Below are positions 26,085-36,209 of a stretch of DNA of 64,000 bases, in pieces. How positions within the stretch are numbered: the stretch's first letter is position 1; each line of letters starts with the position of its first letter. The stretch lies in contig JAZKYO010000045.1 in NCBI GenBank assembly GCA_045612185.1, positions 18,389-82,388 of the forward strand, in the 5' to 3' direction. This DNA comes from Eubacteriales bacterium (lineage in GTDB: Bacteria > Bacillota > Clostridia > Oscillospirales > CAG-272). A program made the translations under genes and the position numbers. The notes beneath the pieces were generated by a model, which was not told the origin of the DNA, searched no databases, and was given only the letters and a program-made list of their open reading frames with translations.

Positions 26085-27623
26085 ATGAAATTTGAAATTA
26101 AAAGTAAGTATCTGATTTTTCCTGTAAATAACTTTGCTACGAGCAAAACGATGTGCTTTTATAAAGACGGAAAAGAGGTTTATAAGCTTAATATAAGGCT
26201 TGATAATGTAGCCCCCGATTATTACGCTTATATTGACCTTTCGCGCTTTTACGGAAGTGTTCTCGATATTTCCGTTTCTCCTGATATGGAGATAAAATTC
26301 ACCGAAGCTGATGAAATAAATATCGAAGGCTTGTATAACGAGGTATACAGACCTCAGATACATTTCACAACTAAAAACGGTTGGATAAACGATCCCAATG
26401 GGCTTATTTACTTTAACGGTGAATACCACATGTTCTATCAGCATAATCCTTGTGAAAACAACTGGGGTAATATGCATTGGGGACACGCGGTAAGCAAGGA
26501 TATGATACATTGGGAAGAACGTGATATAGCGCTTTTCCCCGATATGACCGGGGCTATGTTTTCCGGATGTGCAATAGTAGATGAAAAAAACTTACTGGGA
26601 CTTCAAAGCGGTGACGTCAAAACGGTTTTGCTGTATTATACAGCTACCGAGCCATATATGCAGTACGTGGCATACTCTGCCGATGGGCTTAAAAGTATAA
26701 AAAAGCTTGGCAAGGCGGTTGTTCCTACAATCGCAAAGTTCAACCGAGACCCTAAAGTGGTGTTCTGTGACGAATGGGGTGCGTACGTAATGGTTCTTTA
26801 TCTTGAGAAAGATATTTACGGGCTTTTGCGTTCGGATAATCTTGTAAATTGGAAGCTTATGCAAAAAATAGCTATGTCGGGTGATAGAGAATGTCCCGAT
26901 CTGTTTTCCATCACCGCCGACAACGGCGAAAAAATGTGGGTGCTTATAGGGGCAAACAACAGATATATAGTTGGTAAAATGCAAAAGAACAGCTTTGTTC
27001 CCGTTCAGGATGCCGCATCTCTTAATTACGGGGGAACAGCTTATGCGGGACAGAGCTTCAGCAATCTTAATGATGGCAGATGCGTAAGAATAGATTGGGA
27101 CAGATGGAATATTTCAACACCGAGGATAAGCGGGCAGTTGAGCATACCCATGGAGTTTGGTTTAAGTAAGTGTGACGATCAATATTACCTTTGCGCCAAT
27201 CCCGTCAAGGAGCTTGATTGCCTTGTAAAAACGAAAGATCATATTGATAATTTTGAATTAAAGGCTAATGTTAAAAAACGCATTGAACTCGAAGGCGCAC
27301 CTTATGAATTCAAAATGAAATGCAAGCTTGGAAACGGTGTTATAAAAATGACTCTGTTTGGCTGTCGGTATACGATAGACCTCGGGGCGAACCAATTAAA
27401 ATACGGTGCTGACAGATCGTTGCCTATTGCGCTGACATCCGGTTATCTTGAACTGACTTTGATAGTTGACCGATGTAGCGCCGAGCTATATTTGGACGGA
27501 GGTAAGATATATAGCGGATCGGTGGACGAAAAAACGGTATGCGATTATAATCTACCGTATTTGGAACTGTCATCAAGCAATGATATGACCCTTGAATATC
27601 TTGAAATATATAAGCTTGGATAG
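26085..27623 (+). CDS. GH32 beta-fructofuranosidase / fructan hydrolase, cytoplasmic
   Basis: Has WINDPNGLIYFNGEYHMFYQHNP, FNRDPKVVF (RDP) and ECPDLF (EC). No signal peptide. An extra N-terminal domain of about 85 aa precedes these. Confidence 0.85.
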   Translation: MKFEIKSKYLIFPVNNFATSKTMCFYKDGKEVYKLNIRLDNVAPDYYAYIDLSRFYGSVLDISVSPDMEIKFTEADEINIEGLYNEVYRPQIHFTTKNGWINDPNGLIYFNGEYHMFYQHNPCENNWGNMHWGHAVSKDMIHWEERDIALFPDMTGAMFSGCAIVDEKNLLGLQSGDVKTVLLYYTATEPYMQYVAYSADGLKSIKKLGKAVVPTIAKFNRDPKVVFCDEWGAYVMVLYLEKDIYGLLRSDNLVNWKLMQKIAMSGDRECPDLFSITADNGEKMWVLIGANNRYIVGKMQKNSFVPVQDAASLNYGGTAYAGQSFSNLNDGRCVRIDWDRWNISTPRISGQLSIPMEFGLSKCDDQYYLCANPVKELDCLVKTKDHIDNFELKANVKKRIELEGAPYEFKMKCKLGNGVIKMTLFGCRYTIDLGANQLKYGADRSLPIALTSGYLELTLIVDRCSAELYLDGGKIYSGSVDEKTVCDYNLPYLELSSSNDMTLEYLEIYKLG

Positions 27624-27639
27624 GTCTGGGGGTGAAATT

Positions 27640-28491
27640 ATGAAAATTTTATCTTTTGGCGAGATAATATGGGACGTTTATCCCGAGGAAAAGCATATAG
27701 GCGGAGCACCGTTCAACTTTGCCGCCCATGCGAAGCGTGCGGGAGCAGAGGCGTTCTTGATGTCTGCGGTTGGCAACGACACTTTGGGCCAAGAAGCGAT
27801 TGAAAAGGCAGAGAGCTATGGGGTAAATTGCGAGTACGTGAGCGTCCTTAATAATATTTCCACAGGCGTTTGTAAAGTTGAGCTTGATGAAAACGGGATT
27901 CCCTCGTACATGATTGCCGATAACTCCGCATACGATTTTATAGACTTGTCGAGCAAAATGAGGCGGGAATTTGACGCCCTTGTGTTTGGCACGCTTGCCT
28001 TGCGAAAATCGCATAATCGGGCAGTTGTGGACGAGCTTTTAAGGGGATATTGCTTTAGGCAGGTTTTTGTGGATATTAACGTGAGAAAGCCGTTTGATCT
28101 TTCGGAAAGCATACTTTTTGCGCTTGAGAGAGCGACGTTTCTGAAGGTCAGCGACGAGGAACTTCCCACTGTAATGGAGCGAATTGGAGAAGCCTATTTG
28201 GGTATAGACAAAAGCGTGAAAATTATAGAGAAGCGTTTCGAAAATATTGAAAAGGTTTTGGCGACGAGAGGTGCGGAGCCTGCGGTTTTGTATGATTTGA
28301 AAACCAAAGATAAATATGAGTGTCAATCAAAAAAGACCGAGGTGGTTTCCACCGTCGGTGCGGGTGATTGCTATGGGGCAGTATTTTTGGTCAATTATCT
28401 GTCGGACAAGCCTATAGATGATTGTATGAGTAAAGCCGCCGAAGCCGCCGCGTTTGTGGTTTCTCATACCGAGGCTATTCCGGATTGTTAA
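27640..28491 (+). CDS. PfkB family sugar kinase (fructokinase-like)
   Basis: MKILSFGEIIWDVYPEEKHIGGAPFNFAAHAKRAG...; C-terminal VSTVGAGDCYGAVFL (GAGD). Preferred start is 27640 rather than the tracked 27592. Confidence 0.8.
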   Translation: MKILSFGEIIWDVYPEEKHIGGAPFNFAAHAKRAGAEAFLMSAVGNDTLGQEAIEKAESYGVNCEYVSVLNNISTGVCKVELDENGIPSYMIADNSAYDFIDLSSKMRREFDALVFGTLALRKSHNRAVVDELLRGYCFRQVFVDINVRKPFDLSESILFALERATFLKVSDEELPTVMERIGEAYLGIDKSVKIIEKRFENIEKVLATRGAEPAVLYDLKTKDKYECQSKKTEVVSTVGAGDCYGAVFLVNYLSDKPIDDCMSKAAEAAAFVVSHTEAIPDC

Positions 28492-28668
28492 TATGAGAAC
28501 ATAAAATATGTCACTTGACGGAGGACTTGTAGGAAGCATTCAACCACACGAAGATAACTTCCAATATCATTTAACGCTAAGAATTACGCTGACCGGAGAG
28601 TAAGAATATATACGTCCGAGAGCGGAGCATTTACCTGTGATCTTATTTGCGCTTCGGTTGAATATTTG

Positions 28669-28975
28669 TGGAAGCTTCCATTTTTCATAAGCTTATAGGC
28701 AAATTCATAAAGCTCACAAAGCCTTACACGACAAGCCTTTTAATGCCAAGCTTACATAAAGCAACTGCAACGAAGCTCCACGCACCAAGGCTTGTGCGAA
28801 CATAGCAGGGCGCAATACGACAGACGGTGTCTAAACAACACCGCCTGTCTTTTTTCTGTCCTCAAGCCGCATTTTAGGCTCAAAATCTCCAAATTTGTTG
28901 AACTTTTATGGAACTTTCCACTTCTCAAATAGAGCAAAATGGAAGCTAAAATGGATTTTTTCCATAGGCTATTAT
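28669..28975 (+). repeat. Modular intergenic repeat, copy E (X, 3' part of S, terminator form 1, M, 12-nt tract about 1.5 units)
   Basis: GGAAGCTTCCATTTTT and AAGCCTTTTAATGCC (module X, as next to the integrase fragment in copy A). Terminator stem 28819-28830/28838-28849 plus T-run. AAAATGGAAGCTAAAATGGA. Confidence 0.75.
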
Positions 28976-29185
28976 ACCGCGTATATTGGTTTTGTAAGTA
29001 GATATTGGTGATCGTTTATAGAAATGTCACAAACGGCTGTATAAGGACATCATATTAAAAAGGCTTGTTATTGATAACCTCTTGATTTCTTAATAAAAAA
29101 ATGATATACTTTAGACAAGATAGATAAATTTGATATTTTCACTCAAAACGTAAAGCCTAAAATGGAATTTCATGAGCTATGCTGA

Positions 29186-29410
29186 AAAGAAAATGAAATA
29201 TTCATTGCACCCAAGAAGCTTTTTGGTGCCTATATGGAGAATTTCGGCTATGGTGACTGGCTCGCAAATAACAAAGACGCATGCTATCCGACTCCCAAAG
29301 CCGCGCATATTATGGCAGAAAAAATTTGGATGAATTTATTAAAATTGTTAACGGCACAGATGCGTAACGAAGAAAATGTGTTTAACGGTAAAACGAAAGC
29401 AGTAGTATGA
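29186..29410 (+). pseudogene. C-terminal fragment of an SGNH/GDSL-type hydrolase
   Basis: The open frame without a credible start reads ...FGYGDWLANNKDACYPTPKAAHIMAEKIWMNLL. This resembles SGNH block V (D-x-x-H-P-[TN]..G...A..i) with H replaced by Y. No blocks I-III lie upstream. Confidence 0.3.
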
Positions 29411-29451
29411 CTGTACTGTATTTTATATCAGATTAGGAAAGAGAGAAAAGA

Positions 29452-30363
29452 ATGGATAGATTTGCAGATTGTCATTTGCATATTCATGACGGCGACACGG
29501 AGGGGGCAATGCGCTGCCTTGATAATATTGCCGAGTGCGGAGTTACTCACGCCGCTGTTTTGTCGATTGGCGCTTGGTCTAAGTATTCCGAGAACGAAAA
29601 CGACCGCGCATTGTGGCTAAAAGAAAATTACAAGAGGATCAAGCTTAAAGTTTTCGGTTCCTTTTACGAGCACGGCGAAAAAGGCAAAATCCCCTATAAA
29701 AAGCAAGCTGAGGAGCTTCTTTCTTCAGGCTGTGACGGAATAAAGTTTATACATATGAAGCCACAGGTGCGCGTTGAGCTTGGAAAGGGAATAGACCACC
29801 AAAGCTATGATGAGGTGTTTGATTATCTTGAGGAGAGGGGAACACCGATACTTATCCATTCGGGAGATCCAGAGGAAATGTGGGAAGAGGGCGGAGCATA
29901 TTATGAAAGCGACTATCCCTCAAGCGAGCAGATATATCAAGAGGTTTTTGCAAGGCTTGATAAGAATCCGAGGCTCAATATGGTGATAGCTCATTTCTTT
30001 TTCCTTTCAAATTTTCCCGAGCGTGCCGAAACGGTAATGGAGAAATATCCTACCGTGAAGTTCGACCTGACGCCGGGATGGGAGATGTTTTTGAATTTTT
30101 CAAAGGATATCGAAAGATGGCATTGTTTCTTTGAAAAATATTCGGACAGAATACTTTTCGGTACCGATTCAAACGACCGAAAAAAAGAGCGCGTAAACAA
30201 GGAGCTTAACGCCTTGGTGCTTGCGGCTATTTCGCGAGAAACGGAGGAGTTTGAGGTCCCCTGCTATGGAAAAATACTGAAAATAAAAGGTCTTGGCTTG
30301 TGCCAAAAGACGATTCAAAAAATATGTGTCTGCAATTATTTCAGATTTGTGGGAGACGAGTAA
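29452..30363 (+). CDS. Metal-dependent TIM-barrel hydrolase (amidohydrolase superfamily)
   Basis: 303 aa. N-terminal H-x-H (FADCHLHIHDG), then LIHSGDP and GTDSND near the C-terminus. Confidence 0.55.
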   Translation: MDRFADCHLHIHDGDTEGAMRCLDNIAECGVTHAAVLSIGAWSKYSENENDRALWLKENYKRIKLKVFGSFYEHGEKGKIPYKKQAEELLSSGCDGIKFIHMKPQVRVELGKGIDHQSYDEVFDYLEERGTPILIHSGDPEEMWEEGGAYYESDYPSSEQIYQEVFARLDKNPRLNMVIAHFFFLSNFPERAETVMEKYPTVKFDLTPGWEMFLNFSKDIERWHCFFEKYSDRILFGTDSNDRKKERVNKELNALVLAAISRETEEFEVPCYGKILKIKGLGLCQKTIQKICVCNYFRFVGDE

Positions 30364-30366
30364 AAG

Positions 30367-33300
30367 ATGGAGGGAAGTATGCTATACTCAAAAAATAAAC
30401 GAGACGAAAAACTTGATACCGAGCTTTTTAAAAATCCTACATCAGACTATAGAGCTGCGCCTTTCTGGGCGTGGAATTGCGAGCTTGACCGTGACGAGCT
30501 GTTGCGCCAAATTGATATTTTTAAAGAGATGGGCTTTGGGGGCTATCATATGCACGTGAGAACGGGTCTCGCTACCCCGTATATGAACGAGGAATTTATG
30601 GCTCATATCAAGGCGTGCGTAGAGTACGGCAAAGAGATCGGTATGCTGTCGTGGCTATATGACGAGGATAGATACTCATCGGGATGCGCAGGCGGCAAGG
30701 TGACAAAGGATCATCCGGAATACCGAAGACAAATAATGATACTGTCCTGCAATCCCGACTACAAGCCATCGGAGCTCTCACGTGTGATCGCCCGATTTGA
30801 CGTGGTTTTAAATGAGGAGAGCAGACTTGTAAGCTATTGCCGTCTTGCCGATGGTGAGGTTGCCAAGCACAAGCAGATGACCGCATATCATGAATACGCC
30901 GGAAACAGAAATTGGCGAAACGGTCAGGCAGATGCGGATACGCTTAATCCCGACGTGACACGACGCTTTATTGATCTTACCCATGAGGCGTATGCCCGTG
31001 AGGTTGGCGACGATTTCGGCGACGCGGTTCCCGCTATTTTTACAGACGAGCCTTATTTCAGCCGTGTGGTGAGCCTTAGATTTGCCGATTGTAGTCAGGG
31101 AAAGATAGATATAGATATGCCGTATACCGCCGATCTTGATGAAACATACCGCGCTGTGTACGGTGAGTCGTTGATAGACCGCTTACCCGAGCTTCTTTGG
31201 GATCGTGCGGACGGACTTCCGCAAGTGACAAGATACCGTTATTTCGACCATGTGTCAGAGCGTTTCTCCCGTTCCTATTCGTATGTGGTCGGTGAATGGT
31301 GCCGTGCTCACGGCTTGGCGTATACCGGACATATGTTAGACGAAGAGGGGCTTTATTCTCAGGCTACTTGCAGCGGTGACGTTATGCGATCCTATCAGTA
31401 TTTTGATATCCCCGGTATTGATATGCTTTGCAATAAAATAGAGTTGACAACCGCAAAGCAATGTCAGTCGGTGGTGCGTCAGGCAGGCAAGGCCGCTATG
31501 GTGTGTGAACTTGACGGAGTGACCGGATGGGATTTTGATTTTCGTGGTCATAAGCTTCACGGTGATTGGCAGGCGGCGCTTGGCGTGACTGTGCGTGTCC
31601 CTCACCTTTCGTGGTTGTCTATGAAGGGCGAGGCAAAGCGTGACTATCCCGCATCCATTTCTTATCAATCCCCGTGGTACGAGGAATATCGTTGCGTGGA
31701 GGATCATTTTGCACGTGTTGCCACAGCTCTCACAAGGGGAAAGCCCGTGGTTCGCGTCGGTGTGATCCATCCCATTGAAAGCTATTGGTTGCGCTACGGA
31801 CCTGTTGATCAAACCACTCTTGAACGTGAGAAGCTGGAGAGTAATTTTGAAAAGATCACAGAGTGGTTGGTTCGCGGCAATATTGATTTTGATTTTATTT
31901 GTGAGTCTACTTTGCCCAATTTTTGCGCTAAGGGTGACAATCCGCTTCACGTAGGAGAAATGGCGTATGAGGCAGTGATTGTTCCCGCGTGTGAAACCTT
32001 GCGCTCGACCACGCTTGAACGCTTGGAGGCCTTTGCGGATGCGGGCGGCAAGCTGATTTTTATGGGAGATGCTCCCACATTTGAGGATGCTGCCCCAAGC
32101 AACCGCGGTAAGAATCTTTTTGAAAGAGCAACTCGCGTTCCTTTTGACAGAGGCTCTATTTTAGCTGCCCTTGGTGAACAGAGGGACGTTGAGATTCGAA
32201 CCCCCGACGGACATTTTACTTGGAAGCAGATCCATCAGCTTCGCAGAGATACAGACGGACTTTGGCTGTTTATAGCGCAATGCGGTGAGCCGTATAATAA
32301 GGATATTGCAAGCAAAGAAACCGTAACCGTTTCGGTGCGCGGTGAGTATACGCCCGAACTTTGGGATACGCAAAGCGGCAATATCAGCCGAGTGGCGTTT
32401 AACCATAAGAGCGGAAAGACCGTGTTCACCTTATCGCTTTACGATTACGATTCAGCATTGATTTTCTTGAAGGACGGTATATGTGAGTCACTTCCTGTTT
32501 CCGTGGTACCCCAAAAGACTCTTGTGGGCGAAGTGCCGAGCGAGGTGAAATATTCTCTTACTGAGTCCAACGTAATGCTTTTGGACGTTGCGCAGTTTTC
32601 GTTGGACGGAGGCGAATGGCAGGAAAGAGAAGAGCTGCTTCGAATTACCAAACGACTTCGCAAGCAATTCGGTGTTGCCGATGATATTTATATGCTTCAG
32701 CCGTGGGCGTGGAAGAAAAAGTCTGCGGAGCATATGCTTTCTCTTAGGTTCGAGATTACAAGTGATATTGAGGTGACCGCCCCCATTCTTGCAATTGAGG
32801 ATGGTGACAAAATCTCAATTGCCTTCAACGGAGAGCCGATTGCTTTTCGGGATCAAGGCTATTATACTGATTCTGCTATCCGCAAGACCGCGCTTCCTCC
32901 AATCTGTAAGGGAACCAACGAGCTGATTCTTACAATGCCGTTTGGCGACCGTACCGACGTTGAGAATTGCTATCTTTTGGGAGATTTTGGAGTGGAGGTC
33001 ATGGGGCGAAAAAAAACGGTTACCAATCTTCCTAAAACTCTTGTGTTTGACGATATTTGTAAACAAGGGCTTCCGTTCTACGGCGGCTCGGTGAAATATC
33101 ATTTTCCAATAGTGTGCGAGGATGACGGCGAGGCTTGGATTGAAATTTCGCACTTCCGCTCGGCTGTCCTTGCTGTTTATGTAGACGGTGAGCGAAAAGA
33201 TACGGTTGCGTATCCTCCGTATTTTGCAAGTCTCGGACGGCTTACGGAGGGCGTGCATCAGGTGACGGTGGAAGCCTTTGTTTCCCGTCAAAATTGCTTT

Positions 33301-33441
33301 GGCAACGTACATTGCGCCGATGAAAAGCTGATCCGTTGCGGAAATGCCGCATGGCGTACAGAAGGGGATAGTTGGACGTACGAGTACCGACTGTCACCGC
33401 AGGGAATTATCAGTACCCCGATATTATTCAAGGAAGGATAA
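30367..33441 (+). CDS. Large glycoside hydrolase-like protein (GH106-like / jelly-roll GH superfamily; family uncertain)
   Basis: 1024 aa. The N-terminus YRAAPFWAWNCELDRDELLRQIDIFKEMGFGGYHMHVRTGL is the P-F-W-x-W-N ... G-x-G-G-[FY]-x-x-H-x-R start shared by a family of large bacterial glycosidases. The start could instead be ATG 30379. Confidence 0.5.
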   Translation: MEGSMLYSKNKRDEKLDTELFKNPTSDYRAAPFWAWNCELDRDELLRQIDIFKEMGFGGYHMHVRTGLATPYMNEEFMAHIKACVEYGKEIGMLSWLYDEDRYSSGCAGGKVTKDHPEYRRQIMILSCNPDYKPSELSRVIARFDVVLNEESRLVSYCRLADGEVAKHKQMTAYHEYAGNRNWRNGQADADTLNPDVTRRFIDLTHEAYAREVGDDFGDAVPAIFTDEPYFSRVVSLRFADCSQGKIDIDMPYTADLDETYRAVYGESLIDRLPELLWDRADGLPQVTRYRYFDHVSERFSRSYSYVVGEWCRAHGLAYTGHMLDEEGLYSQATCSGDVMRSYQYFDIPGIDMLCNKIELTTAKQCQSVVRQAGKAAMVCELDGVTGWDFDFRGHKLHGDWQAALGVTVRVPHLSWLSMKGEAKRDYPASISYQSPWYEEYRCVEDHFARVATALTRGKPVVRVGVIHPIESYWLRYGPVDQTTLEREKLESNFEKITEWLVRGNIDFDFICESTLPNFCAKGDNPLHVGEMAYEAVIVPACETLRSTTLERLEAFADAGGKLIFMGDAPTFEDAAPSNRGKNLFERATRVPFDRGSILAALGEQRDVEIRTPDGHFTWKQIHQLRRDTDGLWLFIAQCGEPYNKDIASKETVTVSVRGEYTPELWDTQSGNISRVAFNHKSGKTVFTLSLYDYDSALIFLKDGICESLPVSVVPQKTLVGEVPSEVKYSLTESNVMLLDVAQFSLDGGEWQEREELLRITKRLRKQFGVADDIYMLQPWAWKKKSAEHMLSLRFEITSDIEVTAPILAIEDGDKISIAFNGEPIAFRDQGYYTDSAIRKTALPPICKGTNELILTMPFGDRTDVENCYLLGDFGVEVMGRKKTVTNLPKTLVFDDICKQGLPFYGGSVKYHFPIVCEDDGEAWIEISHFRSAVLAVYVDGERKDTVAYPPYFASLGRLTEGVHQVTVEAFVSRQNCFGNVHCADEKLIRCGNAAWRTEGDSWTYEYRLSPQGIISTPILFKEG

Positions 33442-33527
33442 CAATGAGCTTGTTATGTTTGTTATGAATCCCGTTGCGGAAGTCTACCTCGTCGCTGTGG
33501 CTATCTCATTTGTTTACGGTTGATACA

Positions 33528-33560
33528 AAAGGCAACGGCTAAATACCGTTGCCTTTCCTT
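33528..33560 (+). terminator. Rho-independent terminator of 30367..33441
   Basis: AAAGGCAACGG-CTAAATA-CCGTTGCCTTT, followed by CCTTTTT. Confidence 0.7.
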
Positions 33561-33680
33561 TTTGTTTTAAGCCGCGAAACTCGGAACTTGAATCGGAATT
33601 CTTTCCCATACCTTATTATATCAAAAAAGCCCATTCTCGCGAATAGGCGTTTTTTCGTTGTTTGCGAAATTGTTGTGATT
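33561..33680 (+). repeat. Modular intergenic repeat, copy H (partial M, Z)
   Basis: CTTATTATATCAAAAAAGCCCATTCTCGCGAATAGGCGTTTTTTCGTTGTTTGCGAAATTGT is almost identical to the Z module of copies B and I. Confidence 0.75.
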
Positions 33681-33878
33681 GACGTTCGAATAGGGAAGTG
33701 TGAAATCATCCAAAGCACGGTATAATATAAAAAACATACTATTTGACCCAGCCTTTTTATGCGGAAGAGCTCCACCGATTCGATTTCCAATACACGGTTG
33801 AAGAGTATTGAAATCCGTAGTTATTGTGTACGCTCTACCGCTCTGCCTCAAAGTATGCGTTCCGTATCGTGGATGAGG

Positions 33879-35051
33879 TCATTTGAGATATTTTCGAAGC
33901 GTGCAATCGCTGTCACGAAGCAGATCCGCGATCATGGAAGCTACCCAACGGGCCCCCGCCTCTCTTTGGTGGGTTGTGTCGGGAACTTGCACACCGTTTT
34001 CTTTTGTCGATTCGGAATAATAGGTGCTTACCAGATATTCATAGCCCTCGGTTGCCTCAATGGCGCGGATGGCGGCAAGCATATGGGAATTAAGGTCAAG
34101 ACAAGGCACCCTTTTTTCCTCGGCAACGCGCATCATCGCCTCAGGAAAGGCGCGGCGGAAGTTGACCACAGGGCTTTTCTCCACCGTTACGGTAGAGGTC
34201 ACGAACAACAGCGTCACGCCGCGGCGGCTTGCCTCATCGGCAAAGGCACGGAGATTTTCCATATACTGTGCCTCGTCGACTTTTCGTTCGGGCGCGGACG
34301 AGGAAAAATCGTTGATGCCAAGTGATACGATCAGATAATCCCCCTCGCGCATCTCGCGGCGAACGCGAGACCAGAGGGCAAGGCCGTCAGTATTGATAAA
34401 GCTTTGTGTGCTGAAGCCCTGCCGAGCCATATTACACACCTTGATACGGGTGTCGTCCAGCCATTCGCCGATGAACATCCCCCACCCCTTAGTCACAGAG
34501 GTGGCGCTATAGTTGCAGGTAATTGAGTCGCCGATCAGCCAAAGCGTTGTTCGGTTATCGGGGACTTGCTCGACTCTCTCTGCGCGATAGACAAGCTCCG
34601 TCTTGATATCCGCAACAAGAATATTCTCGGCAAGCGGGGTGTTTTTTCCACTTTGTTCCACCGAAATGATAGAGTGCGAATCATCTGCAAGCGTATGGGT
34701 GAATTCAATCGTTGTCCACTCTTTTTTGGTAACCGTCTTGGGCTCGTGTATAAATGCGGGATATAGGGCAAAAAGTTCAATGATGCCAACCGTCACTTCC
34801 GTCTCGTCTACCGAGCATTCCTCGCCCAATCTGACCTGCACCGATATGCGGTATCGGTTGCCCTTCGCGGCATCCTCAAGTGCCTCTACAAACTTCACTC
34901 TGTGCCCCACGTTCTTGCGATTAGCCATCGCCAAGACCATTTTGCCGTCTATTTGTGTCATTTTCATATCGCGGTAATTGTAACCGCCGCCCGTTAAGGT
35001 ATTCTCCGCAAGATCGCGCATTGACCATGTGGAAAAATTAAATTGTTTCAT
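33879..35051 (-). CDS. CBM-like N-terminal domain + SGNH esterase (CE12 rhamnogalacturonan acetylesterase-like)
   Basis: 390 aa. SGNH blocks: LWLIGDSIT (I), LGINDF (III), DTTHQREAG (V). About 165 aa of beta-rich N-terminal domain precede them. Confidence 0.65.
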   Translation of the reverse strand: MKQFNFSTWSMRDLAENTLTGGGYNYRDMKMTQIDGKMVLAMANRKNVGHRVKFVEALEDAAKGNRYRISVQVRLGEECSVDETEVTVGIIELFALYPAFIHEPKTVTKKEWTTIEFTHTLADDSHSIISVEQSGKNTPLAENILVADIKTELVYRAERVEQVPDNRTTLWLIGDSITCNYSATSVTKGWGMFIGEWLDDTRIKVCNMARQGFSTQSFINTDGLALWSRVRREMREGDYLIVSLGINDFSSSAPERKVDEAQYMENLRAFADEASRRGVTLLFVTSTVTVEKSPVVNFRRAFPEAMMRVAEEKRVPCLDLNSHMLAAIRAIEATEGYEYLVSTYYSESTKENGVQVPDTTHQREAGARWVASMIADLLRDSDCTLRKYLK

Positions 35052-35235
35052 TATTCAGACTCCTATGTATAGATTTCCTATATTTTACCATTTTTTAAAA
35101 GTCAATATTCTTTTGCTTTTTTTGTATCTGTTTCTGCGGCAAACCAAAAATTAGTATTGCAAAAATGAGTTCGAATCATATGCCCAAATTACAAAGTATC
35201 GCATTGCCAAAAATCTTCCGGTTTGCACTCGCCGC

Positions 35236-36009
35236 TTACGTTGCTTTATAGTCCTTAGGCGCACACCCTACGCGGCAGGTGAATTCTCTTGAAAAATGCG
35301 AGGGATCCATGTATCCGCACGCCTCCGCCACCTGTCCCACCGAGAGGGCCTCATACGCCAAAAGCTGCTTGGCATATCTGATGCGCAGGGAAATGATATA
35401 ATCCTTCGGTGAGGTACCGAATCTCATAAAAAACAGCTTGCGGAAATATACCTCGCTGATGCCGCAAAGAGCGGCCAACGACGCCACCGTAAGTTCAGGA
35501 TCGGTAAATGACGCGGAAATACGTTCTACCGCGGGCTCGATCAATTGATATTGGGCGTTGGTCTGATATTTCCGCCTTCCTTCTTCAACAAGTTGAAGCA
35601 AGATGTCATATACCGCTTTTTTGGCGGTCAGACAGCGGCAGTCGCTTTGCGTGCGCCATTCCTTTTCAGCAGTTTTGAAGATCTTGACCAGCTTTTCGCT
35701 GTTTCGAAAATGCAATGAAAACGGCTCGCACCAAAAGTCCTCCTCCACCTCAAAATTGATGGCGTAGCATCCACCTCTCGTTTTGGTTTTTACATAATAA
35801 GACGAGCCTTTGGGCAGATAAAACAGGTCACCGCCCGCGGTTTTCATTTCTCTTCCGTCGGAAAAAACGTAGGTCTTTTCGGAGTCTTCGTCGTTCAGCA
35901 CGAAGCCGTGGGACGGACGGTCCTTATGCACAATCCTCCCCGTGTCTGCCTTTACGTATACCACCACGTCGATCTTCTTTACCGTAAGTGAATCCCACTT
36001 GTCAAACAT
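35236..36009 (-). CDS. AraC/XylS family transcriptional regulator
   Basis: 257 aa. ...LTVASLAALCGISEVYFRKLFFMRFGTSPKDYIISLRIRYAKQLLAYEALSVGQVAEACGYMDPSHFSREFTCRVGCAPKDY. Confidence 0.85.
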   Translation of the reverse strand: MFDKWDSLTVKKIDVVVYVKADTGRIVHKDRPSHGFVLNDEDSEKTYVFSDGREMKTAGGDLFYLPKGSSYYVKTKTRGGCYAINFEVEEDFWCEPFSLHFRNSEKLVKIFKTAEKEWRTQSDCRCLTAKKAVYDILLQLVEEGRRKYQTNAQYQLIEPAVERISASFTDPELTVASLAALCGISEVYFRKLFFMRFGTSPKDYIISLRIRYAKQLLAYEALSVGQVAEACGYMDPSHFSREFTCRVGCAPKDYKAT

Positions 36010-36035
36010 AGCATCACCTCAAATTTATTATAAGG

Positions 36036-36096
36036 TGCTGTTTCGATTTTGTCAAGTGTTTATTATAGAATGTTGTTTCGATTTCGTCAAGTGTTT
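36036..36096 (+). promoter_or_regulatory. Two 26-bp direct repeats, candidate AraC-family activator site
   Basis: TGCTGTTTCGATTTTGTCAAGTGTTT (36036-36061) and TGTTGTTTCGATTTCGTCAAGTGTTT (36071-36096) have a 35-bp period and end 11 nt before the -35 of the 36210 promoter. Direct-repeat half-sites abutting the -35 are the classical AraC/XylS layout. Confidence 0.5.
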
Positions 36097-36107
36097 TGCT
36101 TTTTCTA

Positions 36108-36135
36108 TTTACATTTCAGGGGAACGTGTTATAAT
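36108..36135 (+). promoter_or_regulatory. Promoter of 36210..37634
   Basis: TTTACA (36108-36113), 16-nt spacer, TGtTATAAT (TATAAT 36130-36135). Confidence 0.5.
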
Positions 36136-36209
36136 AGGAACAATGGCGATGATGCGTAACGTGTCGGCGCTTACGATTACGAATGTGCAATTATTGCGGA
36201 GGGTATAGC

